NCBI RefSeq assembly: GCF_006345805.1
Contig: NC_043000.1
Location: forward strand, 131,006,001 to 131,070,000
Source: Octopus sinensis
Lineage: Eukaryota
Direction of reading: 5' to 3'
DNA: 64,000 nucleotides
The translations under genes and the position numbers were made by a program. The notes beneath the pieces are model-generated. The model ran no database searches. It was given only the letters and a program-made list of their open reading frames with translations, and was not told the origin of the DNA. This document shows positions 13,842-26,900 of this stretch, in pieces; positions within the stretch are counted from its first letter, which is position 1, and every line of letters begins with the position of its first letter.

Positions 13842-13886
<45 letters not shown>

Positions 13887-14869
13887 TATCATTATCATCA
13901 TCATCATCATCGTGTATCCGACACGGTCGAAAGCTTTGCTGATCTTAAAGGCAATGACATTACTTTCACCAAATTTCTCTAAGGCGATAGCTCAGTGGTG
14001 AGTGACATAAGAGATTCGATCTTCATCAAATCTTTACGTAAGTCATACTAGTAATCATTGTGGAGGCAGAGAAAGTGATGTTGCTTTTAATATCTGTCGC
14101 CGTTACTTCTGTGATATTGGAAATGAGTACGAAAGGGAGATAGTTGTAAAAGTCAAAGAGGCTTACATTTCTTGGTGATGAGAAATATTGTAGAGTATTT
14201 TCTAATATTGGTAAATATTTTTGTAAAGAAAGACTTGAAGAGTGTAACGAGCCTAAGGCCGAGCTCTGCAGTGTATGGGTTGAGGGAAACGATAAGGACA
14301 TCATCAGAGACTATGGTCTTGTTTGTTTGAATTTAGGTGATAATATTATAGGAGTTGTGGTACTGGGTAAGAGCCATACAGTTATTAGGGGTAGGTAGTT
14401 TTCATTGTTGGTCTTGTTCTTTTTGATTTTGCTTTCTTTTGCGTATTTTGTTTTTTATTTTGTTTGGTTTTGTTACTTTATGCTTGAATAACTGTAATGC
14501 AGCTATGTGTAGATAACATGAGAGTTTGGGACAACGAGTTTGTGTTATGCGCGAAATATGGAGGGATATACTCACCCACATAGCTGTTTTTGAGGGAGAG
14601 AAGCAGATATGCTGCAAGTGATAGTTAGCAGAGAATCGATGAAACTGCGATCAGTCAGCTGGCTACGGTAGGAGGTAGCAGGTAGCAGAAGTGTAGTGTG
14701 AATGCATTCATTCTTAATGCCGTAGGTTGCTCATTTATCAGCATTTTTGTAACAGTGAGAAGATTAGATCAAATATTTCAGGCTCTTATTGCAATTGTCA
14801 TCTTTTCGATTACTTTTTATGGTGATGATACCAGAATTTTTCATATATAGACTAAAAAAATAAACAATA

Positions 14870-15278
14870 GGCGTAGGAGTGGCTGTGTAGTAAGTAGCTT
14901 GCTTACCAACCACATGGTTCCGGGTTCAGTCCCACTGCGTGGCACCTTGGGCCAAGTGTCTTCTACTATAACCTCGGGCCGACCAAAGCCTTGTGAGTGG
15001 ATTTGGTAGACGGAAACTGAAAGAAGCCCGTCGTATATATGTATATATATATGTGTGTGCGTGTGTTTGTGTGTCTGTGTTTGTCCCCCCAACATCGCTT
15101 GACAACCGATGGTGGTGTGTTTACGTCCCCGTAAACACACCAGCAAATGAGATCGATAGAATTGTACTAGGCTTACAAAGAATAAGTCCTGGGGTCGATT
15201 TGCTCGACCAAAGGCGGTGCACCAGCATGGCCACAGTCATATGACTGAAACAAATAAAAGAGTAAAAGAGTAAAAGAA
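14870..15278 (+). mobile_element. SINE family B
   Basis: Matches other family B copies. Confidence 0.9.
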
Positions 15279-16194
15279 TTGATTTAGAAGATGAAATATT
15301 AGTTGATTACATCAACCGCAGTATTTTACGATTATTATTTTATGGAGACCCAAGGATTTAAATTCAGAACGGTAAGTTTCTGCTACTGATTGTCCTAAAA
15401 GCAGAAATGAGTATGACCATATTATTGCTTATAATTTGTGGATATTTGAGGTGTCACAAATAAAATTACGAAGGGGTGCTTGCCAATTAAATGATTTGAT
15501 CTCAGCTCGGGTATTGAAACTAAAACGATTGCAGCGTGAAAGATACGTATTAACCGTTCAGAAATACACAAAGACTGTTAACCTCCCTTAATCAGTCATT
15601 TGTTATATGGTGTCAAAATTTTCATCACTCGAACTTTGATCTGGTCAGTGACAACGCTACACTGCTGTAAATTAACTTAATATGTTATGTGTGAGTCTGG
15701 ACGGTGAACTGACAGAATCGTTAGCAAGCCATGCAAAGTGCTTAGCGGCATTTCGTCCGTCTTTACGTTCTGGGTTCAAATTCCGCTGAGTTTGTCTTTG
15801 CTTTCATCCCTTTTGCTTACTTGCCTTTACGGAAATAAAAAAGCAAAATATAGTGAAAATGTTCAATTTTGCACTCCACGTTAAAATTGACAAAGCTGTA
15901 AACAAAATTACGCGCAATTTGCTTCTAAAGTAAGCTAAAAGTAACATCTATTAAATGTCAAAAGGAAATAATCATAACATTGACAAAAGTCATTCAAAAA
16001 TGTCGTAATTCTATTTGCGAAAAACGAAATTACTTTCTTGCCAACCCAATATATATGGAGTGTTGGACCCGAAGATATAGTAGAAGACACTTGCCCAAAG
16101 TGCTGCGCAGTAGGACCGAACACGAAAACACTTGGTTGCAAAGCGAGTTTATTAACCACACAGCCATACCTGCGCATGTTAATGAGATGATATA

Positions 16195-16423
16195 TTTCTT
16201 TATTGCCCACAAGGGGCTAAACATAGAGGGAACAAACAAGGACAGACAAAGGGATTAAGTCGATTACATCGACCCCAGTGCGAAACTGGTACTTATTTAA
16301 TCGACACCGAAAGGATGAAAGGCAAAGTCGACCTCGACGGAATTTGAACTCAGAACGTAACGACAGACGAAATACCGCTAAGCATTTCGCCCGGCGCGCT
16401 AACGTTTCTGCCAGCTCGCCACC
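16195..16423 (-). mobile_element. SINE family A, full length
   Basis: Head GGTGGCGAGCTGGCAGAAACG, tail GGGCAATAAAGAAA; 15-bp TSD TAATGAGATGATATA. Confidence 0.9.
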
Positions 16424-16999
16424 TTCTAATGAGATGATATAGTTGACAAGTTAATATATATAATTACCCATTGATGGATACTCTCAATAAACAAATACCA
16501 AACTGTTTATTCTATCTATCACGTTTCACTTGTGTTAGACAAATGATGTATCGATTGGTTGGCGCACAAGACTAAATAACAATGTTGTCGCTGAGTGACA
16601 GACAGAAAACAATTGGTTTCAGAGATTCAACGATACAACACCTCTATAACACCGGTCTTATGCCTACGCAAAAAGAAGTCATTATCTTTTATTTCGTATC
16701 ATAAAACCGAAAGGAAAACAAAAATATTGACAGCTACATTCACACTGAATCTATAATAAATTGAACAGTGAATTTATGAAACAAACTTTGAAAAATAAGC
16801 ACCAGTTTTATGAGACCCCATAGTTCGAAGAAACAATTGTGATTTTAATCATTTCAGGCACACATATGTGCACGCACATACAGTGAACTTATGCACATAA
16901 AACCTTCTATGCACACAGACTTACATATACGTATACATATATCAATGCATACATATGCACATAATCAAACATATATATTCTTAAAGAAAATAAAAATGG

Positions 17000-17050
17000 T
17001 AGATATATATATATATATACGCATATATACATTTACATACATACACACAC

Positions 17051-17103
<53 letters not shown>

Positions 17104-17130
17104 TAAATATAAGCACACACACACACGAAC

Positions 17131-17208
<78 letters not shown>

Positions 17209-17340
17209 CGTACATAAACATAACATTTATGCAAATATACACATAAATATATATGTGTACATTTGTATATATATATATATATATATATATCCCTTAACTC
17301 TTTTATATATATATATATATATATATATTATACATACATA
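17000..17340. repeat. (TA)n/(CA)n compound microsatellite
   Basis: Direct inspection. Confidence 0.95.
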
Positions 17341-17901
17341 TGTCTTTGTGATATGTATTATTATCAGTTTAATGTACCCGGCTCACAGCACAACGTAGAT
17401 AAGATTTATTAAAACATTTATATATTCTATAAATTCAAAATTCTCTCAGAAATTCGATAGCAGAGTTCAATGCCGCAAAGTTATTCAACATTTTCCAGTT
17501 ATTTTGCCATTCCGTTTCTAATCGTTTTCGCCTTCATTTTAAGTACTCTGTTACTAGGTAACCAAAACTGTTCCATATGGCTCTTTACCCAAGTCACGAC
17601 GCAGTGACAATGTAAGTTATGAACGTATGTACGTACATACGTATGTAGGTATGTATGTGTGTATATATATATATATTAAAGTTGCTATAGAAAAATTATG
17701 AGTTAGAGGTTATGCAACCGTCTAAGGGATAAATGTACCTTACTATATATAGGCCTTGCTATAAGGTTAACAGTAGTTGGTAATTTAAATGGCAAAACCG
17801 TGGTTTAATATATTGAGATAAGAAAAGAAAACGAGCAACAATTAACAATTAGAAGATGATCATTAGTATTAAAAGGTCATAGTTTAATTGTAGTTCAAGA
17901 A

Positions 17902-17980
17902 CATTTACAGCTGTTTCAGTTTGTTATTTCGAAGGAAATTTGCATTTATCTCGTTCCATTTAACAAACATCATCAGAATG
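17902..17980 (-). ncRNA. Type I hammerhead ribozyme (Penelope/retrozyme-type)
   Basis: Minus strand: catt CTGATGA t gtttgtta...taacaaac t GAAA cagctg TA aatg; intact core, 4-bp stem I, 8-bp stem II, palindromic stem III. Confidence 0.75.
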
Positions 17981-18185
17981 ATTTAGAGTTTATCGCTGGA
18001 ATACAGATAGGAAAAAAGGGAAATAAAAAAAAGGAAAACAGGAAAACGTTCGTTAAGTCTTTAGGCTAACATTTTTGTGCCCATTTGGGGTTCCACGTGT
18101 GTGTACGTTTCTCCAATTAGATGAATGGAGCAATAAGTGGGAAATTGATTAGTTGACCGGTCGTATGCATATATATATATATATG

Positions 18186-18217
<32 letters not shown>

Positions 18218-18716
18218 TGTATGTATGTATGTATGTATGTATGCATGTATGTATGTATGCGTGTATGTATGTATGTATGTATGTATGTATGTATGTATGT
18301 AGTATGTATGTATGTATGTGTGTGTATGTATGTATGTATCTTTACTTTTCATACATCCATATTTAGTTTAATATCATCGGAGTATTATAGCATGCTTTAC
18401 AAATCTCCTCTACGTGTATCGACTACCATATGTTATCATACAGTAAGAATTCTCCTTTCACTGGATATACAGGTATCCGCAGGATTCATACAAAAAACTA
18501 ATAATGCAAGAAGATGGAATGAAGAGGCTATAATCCAGATCACTACAATAGTTTTGAGCATTAGTATCGGCTGGTAATTGCTGAGTGTTTCACATATTTT
18601 ACATATTATTGCATTAATATGATCCAGCAATAACTGTGTCTTCGGGGGGAGCTGGTTAAGAGGGTTCGAGTGCACTGCACACACACACTTATATATAATT
18701 GCACTTCATTTCCCTT

Positions 18717-18785
<69 letters not shown>

Positions 18786-18894
18786 TATATATATAAAAGA
18801 TAAGGAAATAATTTTTTTCTCAAACGAAGGATAATGCTGATGATATAGCATGAACAGGATAAACTATCCATATTTTGGAGAAAAATCTGTCGGC

Positions 18895-18966
18895 GGCTAG
18901 CCATGAAACTCGAACTCACATCCCTGTGATTACGCGTCAAATGCTTCACCATTAAGCTAAACTGCC
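18895..18966 (-). pseudogene. tRNA-like cloverleaf, anticodon CGT (Thr); pseudogene or SINE head
   Basis: GGCAGTT TA GCTT AATGGTG AAGC A TTTGA CGCGTAA TCACA GGGAT GTGAG TTCGAGT TTCAT GGCTAGCC; G at position 33 and stem mismatches. Confidence 0.6.
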
Positions 18967-20119
18967 CCACCGAGACAAATACTTCTACAAATTTAGGATA
19001 TATGAATCTAGCTTTATTTGTTGACTTTCAACATATTTGTCTTATAGCGTTTTGTAAAGCTAGATTACAGTCTATTACAGTCTATCTCTGACACTAGACA
19101 GAGTCAATGTGAATGGGACATGGTTTATATCCGGCATCTCAATCTGAGCCTTTCTTAATTCACTCCTATCTTTTTCTATTGCTGAGAAATTCGAAAAATA
19201 AACCCTGAAAATCCATATATATTCATGAATACAAGCGCACATGCATATACATATTCATACATATACATGCATGCGTACATAAATAAATATATACATAAGT
19301 ACATACATAAGTACATACATGAGCGGCAGGATATGTACAAACATACGTAGGTCAAGCTAATGACTAGTTGAATTTAGTTCATAGTAAAAGATTGCAATTG
19401 TATAATTCATTACTCTACAAATGATCGCGACTAATTATTCATGCGGTTTGGGTACGAGTATCATCAAAGCCACTTGCTCAATGTGCCACAGCAGAACTAC
19501 GTGACTGCGAATCAAACATCTGAACAACGTGATCGTGCCTTCGTCCATATGCAGACACACAGATCACTGATGTACACGCAGAAGAAAGAATTACAGTGTA
19601 AAATACATAAACAGGAAAATCCCATAGTTTTATCGGTATAAATATTTATGCTGCTGTCAATGAATTTTTGTGATGCTCTGTAGAGCCTGGATTCTTCAAT
19701 AAATCTTACAGAAATAATTTGCTTTGTTGAAATTGAAAAGAGAATCCGCAAATAAAATGAAAAGCAAGTAAAAGAAGCATACAAAGAGGAAGTAAAAAGT
19801 TCGAAATGATGCATTATTCAAGAAAATTGATGTAAATTTAATTAAACTTCTAAATTATTTATGATATTTGCTATACAGACCGCTTTGTTGTTGCTTATTT
19901 TCGTATTTGTTCTTCGCTTTGTTGTTGCTTATTTTCGTATTTGTTCTTTGCTTTCTTTAGTTCTGTTTTGTTTTTTTTTCTTTTACTTTCCGTTCAGAAA
20001 TTTTGAATGGTAAAGAAAATCAAAGATTATCACTCGATACATTATATAACGTACATCGCCTGTCTTTGTATTTTATAGTTATCTGTTTGTTTATTTTATT
20101 AATTCATTTGTTCCAATAT

Positions 20120-20305
20120 TTATTTGTTTATTCTTGATTTGACTTTGCTCTGTTGGAAGACATTTTGATGTTTCCTTCCTTTGTCCTCTGTAAATAGACA
20201 TTCTGATATTTGTTTGCCTTCTTGGTAAATTATCTCATCGGCTACTTCATTTGAAGATACTGTTGGAGACAACTTGCATTTATTTGGTTCGCTAGAAAGT
20301 GTCTG
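20120..20305 (-). CDS. Candidate orphan terminal coding exon (QTLSSEPNKCKLSP...SRINK*)
   Basis: Poly-T tract + AG acceptor at 20307-20306 followed by 61 open codons and TAA; AATAAA downstream; no recognised homology. Confidence 0.25.
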   Translation of the reverse strand, partial: QTLSSEPNKCKLSPTVSSNEVADEIIYQEGKQISECLFTEDKGRKHQNVFQQSKVKSRINK

Positions 20306-20544
20306 CTTAAAAAAAAAACAAATTGGTAAACAAATATACGTGTATGTGTGCGTGTGTGTGTGTGTGTGAAGGCGGATGGCCTAGAGGCTAGAGTGCTTGC
20401 TTATCCACCTAGCCAGCTGGGTTGCATCATTCAAAAACTACAACAATGCGAAGAAGCGCATTGTGAACAGCGATGTATAACAACAGCCGATAGTCTGCTC
20501 TATAGATTTATACAATGATGCACACACTCACACACACACAAACA

Positions 20545-20621
<77 letters not shown>

Positions 20622-20710
20622 AGGATTTACGAAAAAAAAACAAAAGACGAAGACAGGTGGTGTAGAAAACAAATAGATGTATTAGTATAACGCTCGGGAA
20701 TTGAAAAAGT

Positions 20711-20746
20711 CTTTAACGTTTCGAGCCTACGCTCTTCCACAGAAAG
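20711..20746 (-). ncRNA. Hammerhead-like motif with variant core in a short (TA)n-inserted element (~20619-20790)
   Basis: cttt CTGTGGA a gagc gtag gctc GAAA cg TT aaag. Confidence 0.5.
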
Positions 20747-20914
20747 GACCACAGAAGAAAACAAGGAAAGAGAAAAAAATTGATATAAATTTTATATATA
20801 TACATACATTGATGTAAATATATATATATACATACATACATACATACAAACATACATGTATATGTATACATACATACATACATACATACATACATACATA
20901 CATACATACATACA

Positions 20915-21452
20915 TGGTGGCTGCCCCCTTGTTATCGAGTATGGCCATTGCACGAAGCTTAATCAATGTTGTTATCGTGCAATGTCTGTGCAAGAATATT
21001 TTTTTAAAGTGAGGAAAGGTTATGCACTGAGTCAATCCCACTCACTAAGCAACAGCAGCCATAATCCGAAAAGAAGAACAAGTCAACATTATCGGTAACC
21101 ACTGAGACGCAGGTTTTACGTCGGAGTTATCCCAGTTACCTGAGTTACCTTCTCCTAGAAGGATGCCCTAACAAAGGCTAGGAGTCCTTCACTCCCAATG
21201 GTTTAACTGCGCGATCGGGTATACAGTCCGATTATTTCTATGTTCCCGCGCATGATACAGCCTTAAGACATTTATTGGATGGCCGTTGACTCTCAAAAGT
21301 TCCTCCGCCCATTGACGGGTTTTGTTTTTCATCCCGCAGGGTGTTCAATAAACACCCTCCTTGGTGAGGTTGCCGGTTTAGTCGCCGACGACCCGACCAT
21401 GCAACAGGTTGTACTGGGTTATATGTTACCAGTAGCACTCGAAAGTGACCTG
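20915..21452 (-). mobile_element. Non-autonomous retroelement inserted in (TACA)n, possibly RTE-related
   Basis: GC-richer ~540-bp block bounded by (TACA)n on both sides; no ORF. Confidence 0.45.
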
Positions 21453-21589
21453 ACATAAACATACATACATACATATACTGACATATACTCACACACATAT
21501 AGTTTCTTATAGTCTGTTAGATTTATACTGCCAATAAAATCACACGCACTGGTTGTCTTTCCCTTCAGTTTTATTATCAATCTCTTACA

Positions 21590-21712
21590 TGGTAGGTAGG
21601 TAGGTAGGTAGGTAGGTAGGTAGGTAGGTAGGTAGGTATGTGGGTAGGTAGGTAGGTAGGTAGGTAGGTAGGTAGGTAGGTAGGCAGGCAGGCAGGCAGC
21701 AGGCAGGCAGGT
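21590..21712. repeat. (AGGT)n grading into (AGGC)n
   Basis: Direct inspection. Confidence 0.95.
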
Positions 21713-21713
21713 A

Positions 21714-22140
21714 TACAGGGTGCGAGGTGTATTAGAGGACGCTAAATTATCAGTATATTACTTTCTTCAAACCATTTAAAGGATTCTTATTTTTTTTAAA
21801 TCGCCCATGGCAGATAAAATGCTAACACAAGAAATGAAAGGATATACAGTCACTGTTGTCACATGTGCAGAACATAGCAATGTAGAAAGTGCCGCAAGAT
21901 CATTTGTACACAGAGTTTGAATGAGTATGTCTCAATTCTATCCAAGGGAAAACTAACATCTAATCGTTCATATCCAGCAATTAGCCCAACGGGTTCAAAA
22001 TATTAACGATGATGATCCTGGAAAAATCAATGAAGATCATTGCCAAAGAACTTCAGATGTCGAAGTGGGCAATCAGAACAGTGGTACACGAGGACATTCG
22101 ATAAAAGTCGTACGTACAGAAGAGAGGCCGATTCATGTGC
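21714..22140 (+). mobile_element. Degenerate Tc1/mariner 5' relic
   Basis: TA-CAGGGTG terminus and eroded HTH-like segment (DDPGK.MKIIAKELQMS). Confidence 0.4.
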
Positions 22141-22146
22141 ATCTCT

Positions 22147-22180
<34 letters not shown>

Positions 22181-22242
22181 CTTGTCCAGCAATGTACTCC
22201 CTCTTCTCTCACCTCTACATTGTATATAATAGATAAATAAAT

Positions 22243-22493
22243 AAATGCGCCCTTTTAAAGCCTAGCCAATCTCATGGGCCCGGTTTCCCGGTTTCAATGG
22301 CGTGTGTGTTCCCCAGCTGGACGGGACGCCAGTCCATCACAGCGTTACTCATTTTTGCCAGTTGAGTGGACTGGAGCAACGTGAAATGAAGTGTTTTGCT
22401 CAAGAACACAACGCGTCGCCCGGTCCAGGAATCGAAACCACAATCTTACGATCATTATGCTAACACCCTAACCACTAAGCCACGTGCCTCCAC
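22243..22493 (-). mobile_element. SINE head D with alternative tail
   Basis: 14-bp TSD CTACATTGTATATA; tail differs from 9245/11926. Confidence 0.85.
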
Positions 22494-22949
22494 TACATTG
22501 TATATACCCCTTAACAATTTTTTTATCAACAAATTCTTCCAACAATCATCCTCTTTACACGAATTTAGAAATGCAGTAGAAAAATTATAATTAACTTGTT
22601 CACAAGAAATCTATAATATTGCCAACTTTATAATCGATTGCATCTACTATGTGGCAATGTTTTAAATGTTGCACCTCAGATCATTTGGCATATCTTACGA
22701 CTATCTGTCTTCACCGTCCTACTCCAACACTGTCCTCCATATTCTTCTGTTCTGTGAATTGCATTTCCCGCTCTATTATTGAGATTTCGGATTTTTAGCC
22801 GAATAAAACATTTTTGCTTAATTTGTTCATATTTTGTGCGGCGTTCCCAGGTTTAAGCGCTCTAGACGATCTCCTGGCTAGTATAATATGTCCCTCCGGC
22901 CGTAGTTTAACTGCACATACTTACTACAAATACTATACCTCAATACTAC

Positions 22950-23675
22950 GAATATCTAGGATTTCGGGCATCCTCCATCCGATTGCGATCAAATTTGATA
23001 TGTAGATACCGACGGTATCAGGGCGTGTATAAGTCTTGAAACAATTACAAAAATCGATTCCAGGTGAGAATGCGCTCGATAAAGCCGTGGGAACGTGCAT
23101 TTGTACGCGCAGGTACATCAGGAATGTGGTTTACAAGGCTGTGCTCCACTAACTTTTCCATGCCCTTGAACATCCCGTAAAGGCCCTTGTTGATTTCCTA
23201 CATATTTTATCGGATAAACTTATTATTGTCCCATGTAACGTTCTCATAAATTCATCATGCTTTTCCATCTAGATTTACCTCCAGCTAACCCATTTGCATG
23301 CATAGTTTTTGTCCTGCTTTTCTTCCGTCAACCTGTACATAACTGCACCTTCCATTTTTGTACTGCATAAAGGCACTTTCGTTCCTGCCAGGCTTACTGT
23401 TTAAACCATGTTTGTGTTCTCCCAGTCAACAGCCTTATCATTACTGGTACTTTAAACTCTTCAGTTGCATATTTGTATGAATAAAATCGTTTTTCTTTGG
23501 AATAGAAAAAAGTCTATCTTTATTTCTTCTTTTACTGGTGTCTCAAATTTAGGTTACATCAGTGTTTCTCAAAGGGGAGGCCTATGGGACGGTCAGACAA
23601 GTTGTTTTGAGAAAATTTGGTTTAAATGTTTGACAACTCAGCACCGTCCATTGGACGGGGGGCGTTTTGCTCGTC
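22950..23675 (+). mobile_element. Non-autonomous Helitron-like element with ~500-bp internal insert
   Basis: 22950-23125 and 23630-23675 match the reverse complement of 26185-26474; 3' hairpin CCGTCC-ATT-GGACGG then CTCGT. Confidence 0.6.
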
Positions 23676-24246
23676 TTTCATAAATACCATATTTATAGGC
23701 TTCATTTTTTAGATCCAGAAAGTATTTCAGCTTTTAACGTCTACAAAATTCAAGGTGATCTTTCTTCTTAGTACACATATTCTACACGGCACACATAGCT
23801 ATTCGAATATTCTGAAACAAATACGGAGCACATAAACATTCTAAATATATCGCTAATTTCACACACTATTCACCCTGCTCATTAGTAATTCTAAACCACA
23901 ACCGGCAACACACATAATAAGCAACGGGAATCACTGCAAATCATAGGTTTCTTGGAACTAAAAATAGCTCATTTTAACTGCTAATAGAAGCGGAAGTCAT
24001 AATTTCAGAAATCTCTTTCGCTACGAGAACACTATCCTTATTGATCGCTTTTAGCGACATCTACTTTTGCTTAACTCTATCATCTTGGAGAGGCTGGAAA
24101 TCACTCAACCTGCTGAACACAACCAGGGCTTTGAACATACTCTACGATATATACGTATATATAGATACGTTGTGTATATACGCGCGAGTGTGCAAACATC
24201 TATACATATATATATATATATATATCATACATATATATGTATATAT

Positions 24247-24283
<37 letters not shown>

Positions 24284-24349
24284 CCTTAAATCCTTAAAAA
24301 TGTTTTACCCCGAAGGCCGCGGCCATGCTGGGGCACCACCGCTGTTTTT

Positions 24350-24480
24350 CATCGACCCCAGTGCGAAACTGGTACTTTATTTATCGACCCCGAAAGGATA
24401 AAATGCCTGCCGACCATGGCGGAATTTGAACTCAGAACGTATTTCGTCCGGCGTGCTAACGATTCTGCCAGCTCGCCGCC
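24350..24480 (-). mobile_element. SINE family A, internally deleted
   Basis: Matches family A with deletions. Confidence 0.75.
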
Positions 24481-24558
24481 TTTATATATATATATGTATG
24501 TATGCATGTATGTATGTATAACTGCAAACATTGCAAATGCTGTTTATATTAATTTTAT

Positions 24559-24655
<97 letters not shown>

Positions 24656-24998
24656 AACATACGAGTGAGTGGACAAACGAAAGAGAAGGTCACACAACAC
24701 TTTTAGCAGGAGTTGCATGTATTATTTAAAATAGTTTGATTCGACTCACTGCGACTTAAAGGTTCGCAGGCCCCTGGCAAATATCCATCCCTTTCATTAG
24801 ATTACCGGTAATTTAAAGCCTGAAAGGAACGGGGTTTTGTTAGAAACATCAAACTGTTTTAAATATATATACAGCTACATGCGTGGCTGTGTGATAAGAA
24901 GTTTTCTTTCCAACCACATGGATGCGCGTTTAGAAAACGCACAGAGAGAATGTTCAGGAGGGACAGGTTTAACGATTAAAAAGAAGGGAAAGATTCAT

Positions 24999-25026
24999 GA
25001 CGTTTCGGATGCTATCCCTTCATCAG
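24999..25026 (-). ncRNA. Minimal hammerhead ribozyme motif
   Basis: CTGATGA ag ggat agc atcc GAAA cg TC; canonical core and GUC triplet, weak stem I. Confidence 0.65.
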
Positions 25027-25529
25027 AAAAGGATAGATGAATGAGAAAAGATGGTGGGAAAACAAGAACCAATTAGGATCCACGTGGGAATGTGGTACTG
25101 TTGGGGGTTCCAAGGTGAGAGGAGCAGGTGAGTGGAGTTTTCGTGTATAGGAGGATATCCGTTTGTAAAGATGGGTACAGTGTGTGTGTGTGTGTGTGTG
25201 TACGTGCGTGTGTGTATCTGCGTGTGTGTGTAGAGGTATGAGGTGCATGCGGTTTCCTGGAGAGTGTGCAGGTGTTGGCAAGTATAGGAGTGTAGTGTCG
25301 TGGGATATTGTGGGAAAATAGTGTGTAGGTGCAATTGTAGCGTGTATGTATGTGTATATGCATGTACATGTATGTTGTATATTCCTCCTAAAAGGAGGTT
25401 TATCCTGAATATAATACTCGCTCTTTGTGGGTACTTATGCAGATTGATAAAAATATATGTATTTAGTTCTTATCGAACAATTATATGTTTTCCCATAGCA
25501 AAGCAGAATTATGTATGTGTGTGTGTATA

Positions 25530-25815
25530 TATCCTGTTTTTACCATTATTGTTTTTTGTATTTTATATTCGTGTGGCATCGTCCGTTTTTCTGTCCCTGT
25601 TTCGTATACATTCGATCCTTCTTCCAAGAAATCAAATTCTCGTAGCTTAGTTTTTCCTTGGGGCTGGCCGGATCGGAGCGATCTCAAGATTAATCAGCCG
25701 AAATTGCTAGGATGATCCGGTTCTTGACTGAAGATTGAAGGCTTCGAATGTCCCGTCCGTGATTTTTGTATCATCTTCTAAATGTTTTACGTTCTTGTCC
25801 CAGTTTGTATTTTTC
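25530..25815 (+). mobile_element. (TA)n-associated interspersed element, same family as 40005-40363
   Basis: Shared block AATCAGCCGAAATTGC..GATCCGGTTCTTGACTGA.GAT. Confidence 0.7.
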
Positions 25816-25822
25816 TACATAT

Positions 25823-25855
<33 letters not shown>

Positions 25856-26184
25856 GGGGGGAGGAGAGAGAGATGCAGGAGAGAAAAATACACATACAGT
25901 GACCATTTTTGCACTTTCATGCCATGAAAATCCACATTCTCTATCCCCAACTTCCGGTCAGTTATTTTTCGGCAATGTAATGACGCATGTGTCTTTCTCT
26001 TAACTTTCTCCTCCTTTCTCCTCCTTTCTCCTCCTTTCTCCTCTTTCTAGACATGTTCCTGTTTCCTTCACAGAACTCTACTTGAAACATCATTTCCACT
26101 CTAATGTATTCTGTGTGCAAACAGAATTTGGTTGTTTTTGCTGTGATTTTTTCTTTATTTTTGATTTGTATATATATATATATA

Positions 26185-26474
26185 CGAGCAAAACGCCCCC
26201 CCCCTCCCGTCCAATGGACGGTGCTGACTTGTCAAACCAGTAAAAGACGGATTTCGACTGATGTACTTATGCGTACAAATGCACGTTCCCACGGCTTTAT
26301 CGATCGCATTCTCACCTGGAATGGATTTTCGTAATTCTTTCAAGACTTATATACGCCCTGATACCTTCGGTATCTACATATCAAATTTGAGCGCAATCGG
26401 ATGGAGGATGCCCGAGATCCTAGAAGACACACACAGACAGAGACAGACAGACAGAACGGATTTTATATAATAGA
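26185..26474 (-). mobile_element. Non-autonomous Helitron-like element
   Basis: 5' TCTATTATATAAAA + (CTGT)n; 3' hairpin CCGTCCATTGGACGG + CTCGT. Confidence 0.65.
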
Positions 26475-26515
26475 TATATATATATATACTTGCCAATATA
26501 CATGCGTATGTGTTG

Positions 26516-26556
<41 letters not shown>

Positions 26557-26565
<9 letters not shown>

Positions 26566-26862
26566 ATCACGTGACCGACCAACATCAGATGTTGCTACAC
26601 ATCGCTGGTCACAATGCTTTCGCATTGTTTTAGCCTTCGAATGACGCCACCCCGCTAGCTAAGCGAGCAGGCCAACAGAAGAAAGAGTGAGAGAAAGAGT
26701 GGTGAAAGAGTACAGCAGGGAGCACCACCCCCTGCCGGAGCCTCATGGAGCTTTTAGGTGTTTTCGCTCAATAAACACTCACAACGCCCGGTCTGAGAAT
26801 CGAAACCGCGATCCTACGACCGCGAGTCCGCTGCCCTAACCACTGGGCCATTGTACCTCCAC
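26557..26862 (-). mobile_element. SINE head C with (TA)n-ending tail
   Basis: Head C; tail GGTCGGTCACGTGATCACGTG(AT)n. Confidence 0.85.
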
Positions 26863-26865
26863 TTG

Positions 26866-26900
<35 letters not shown>

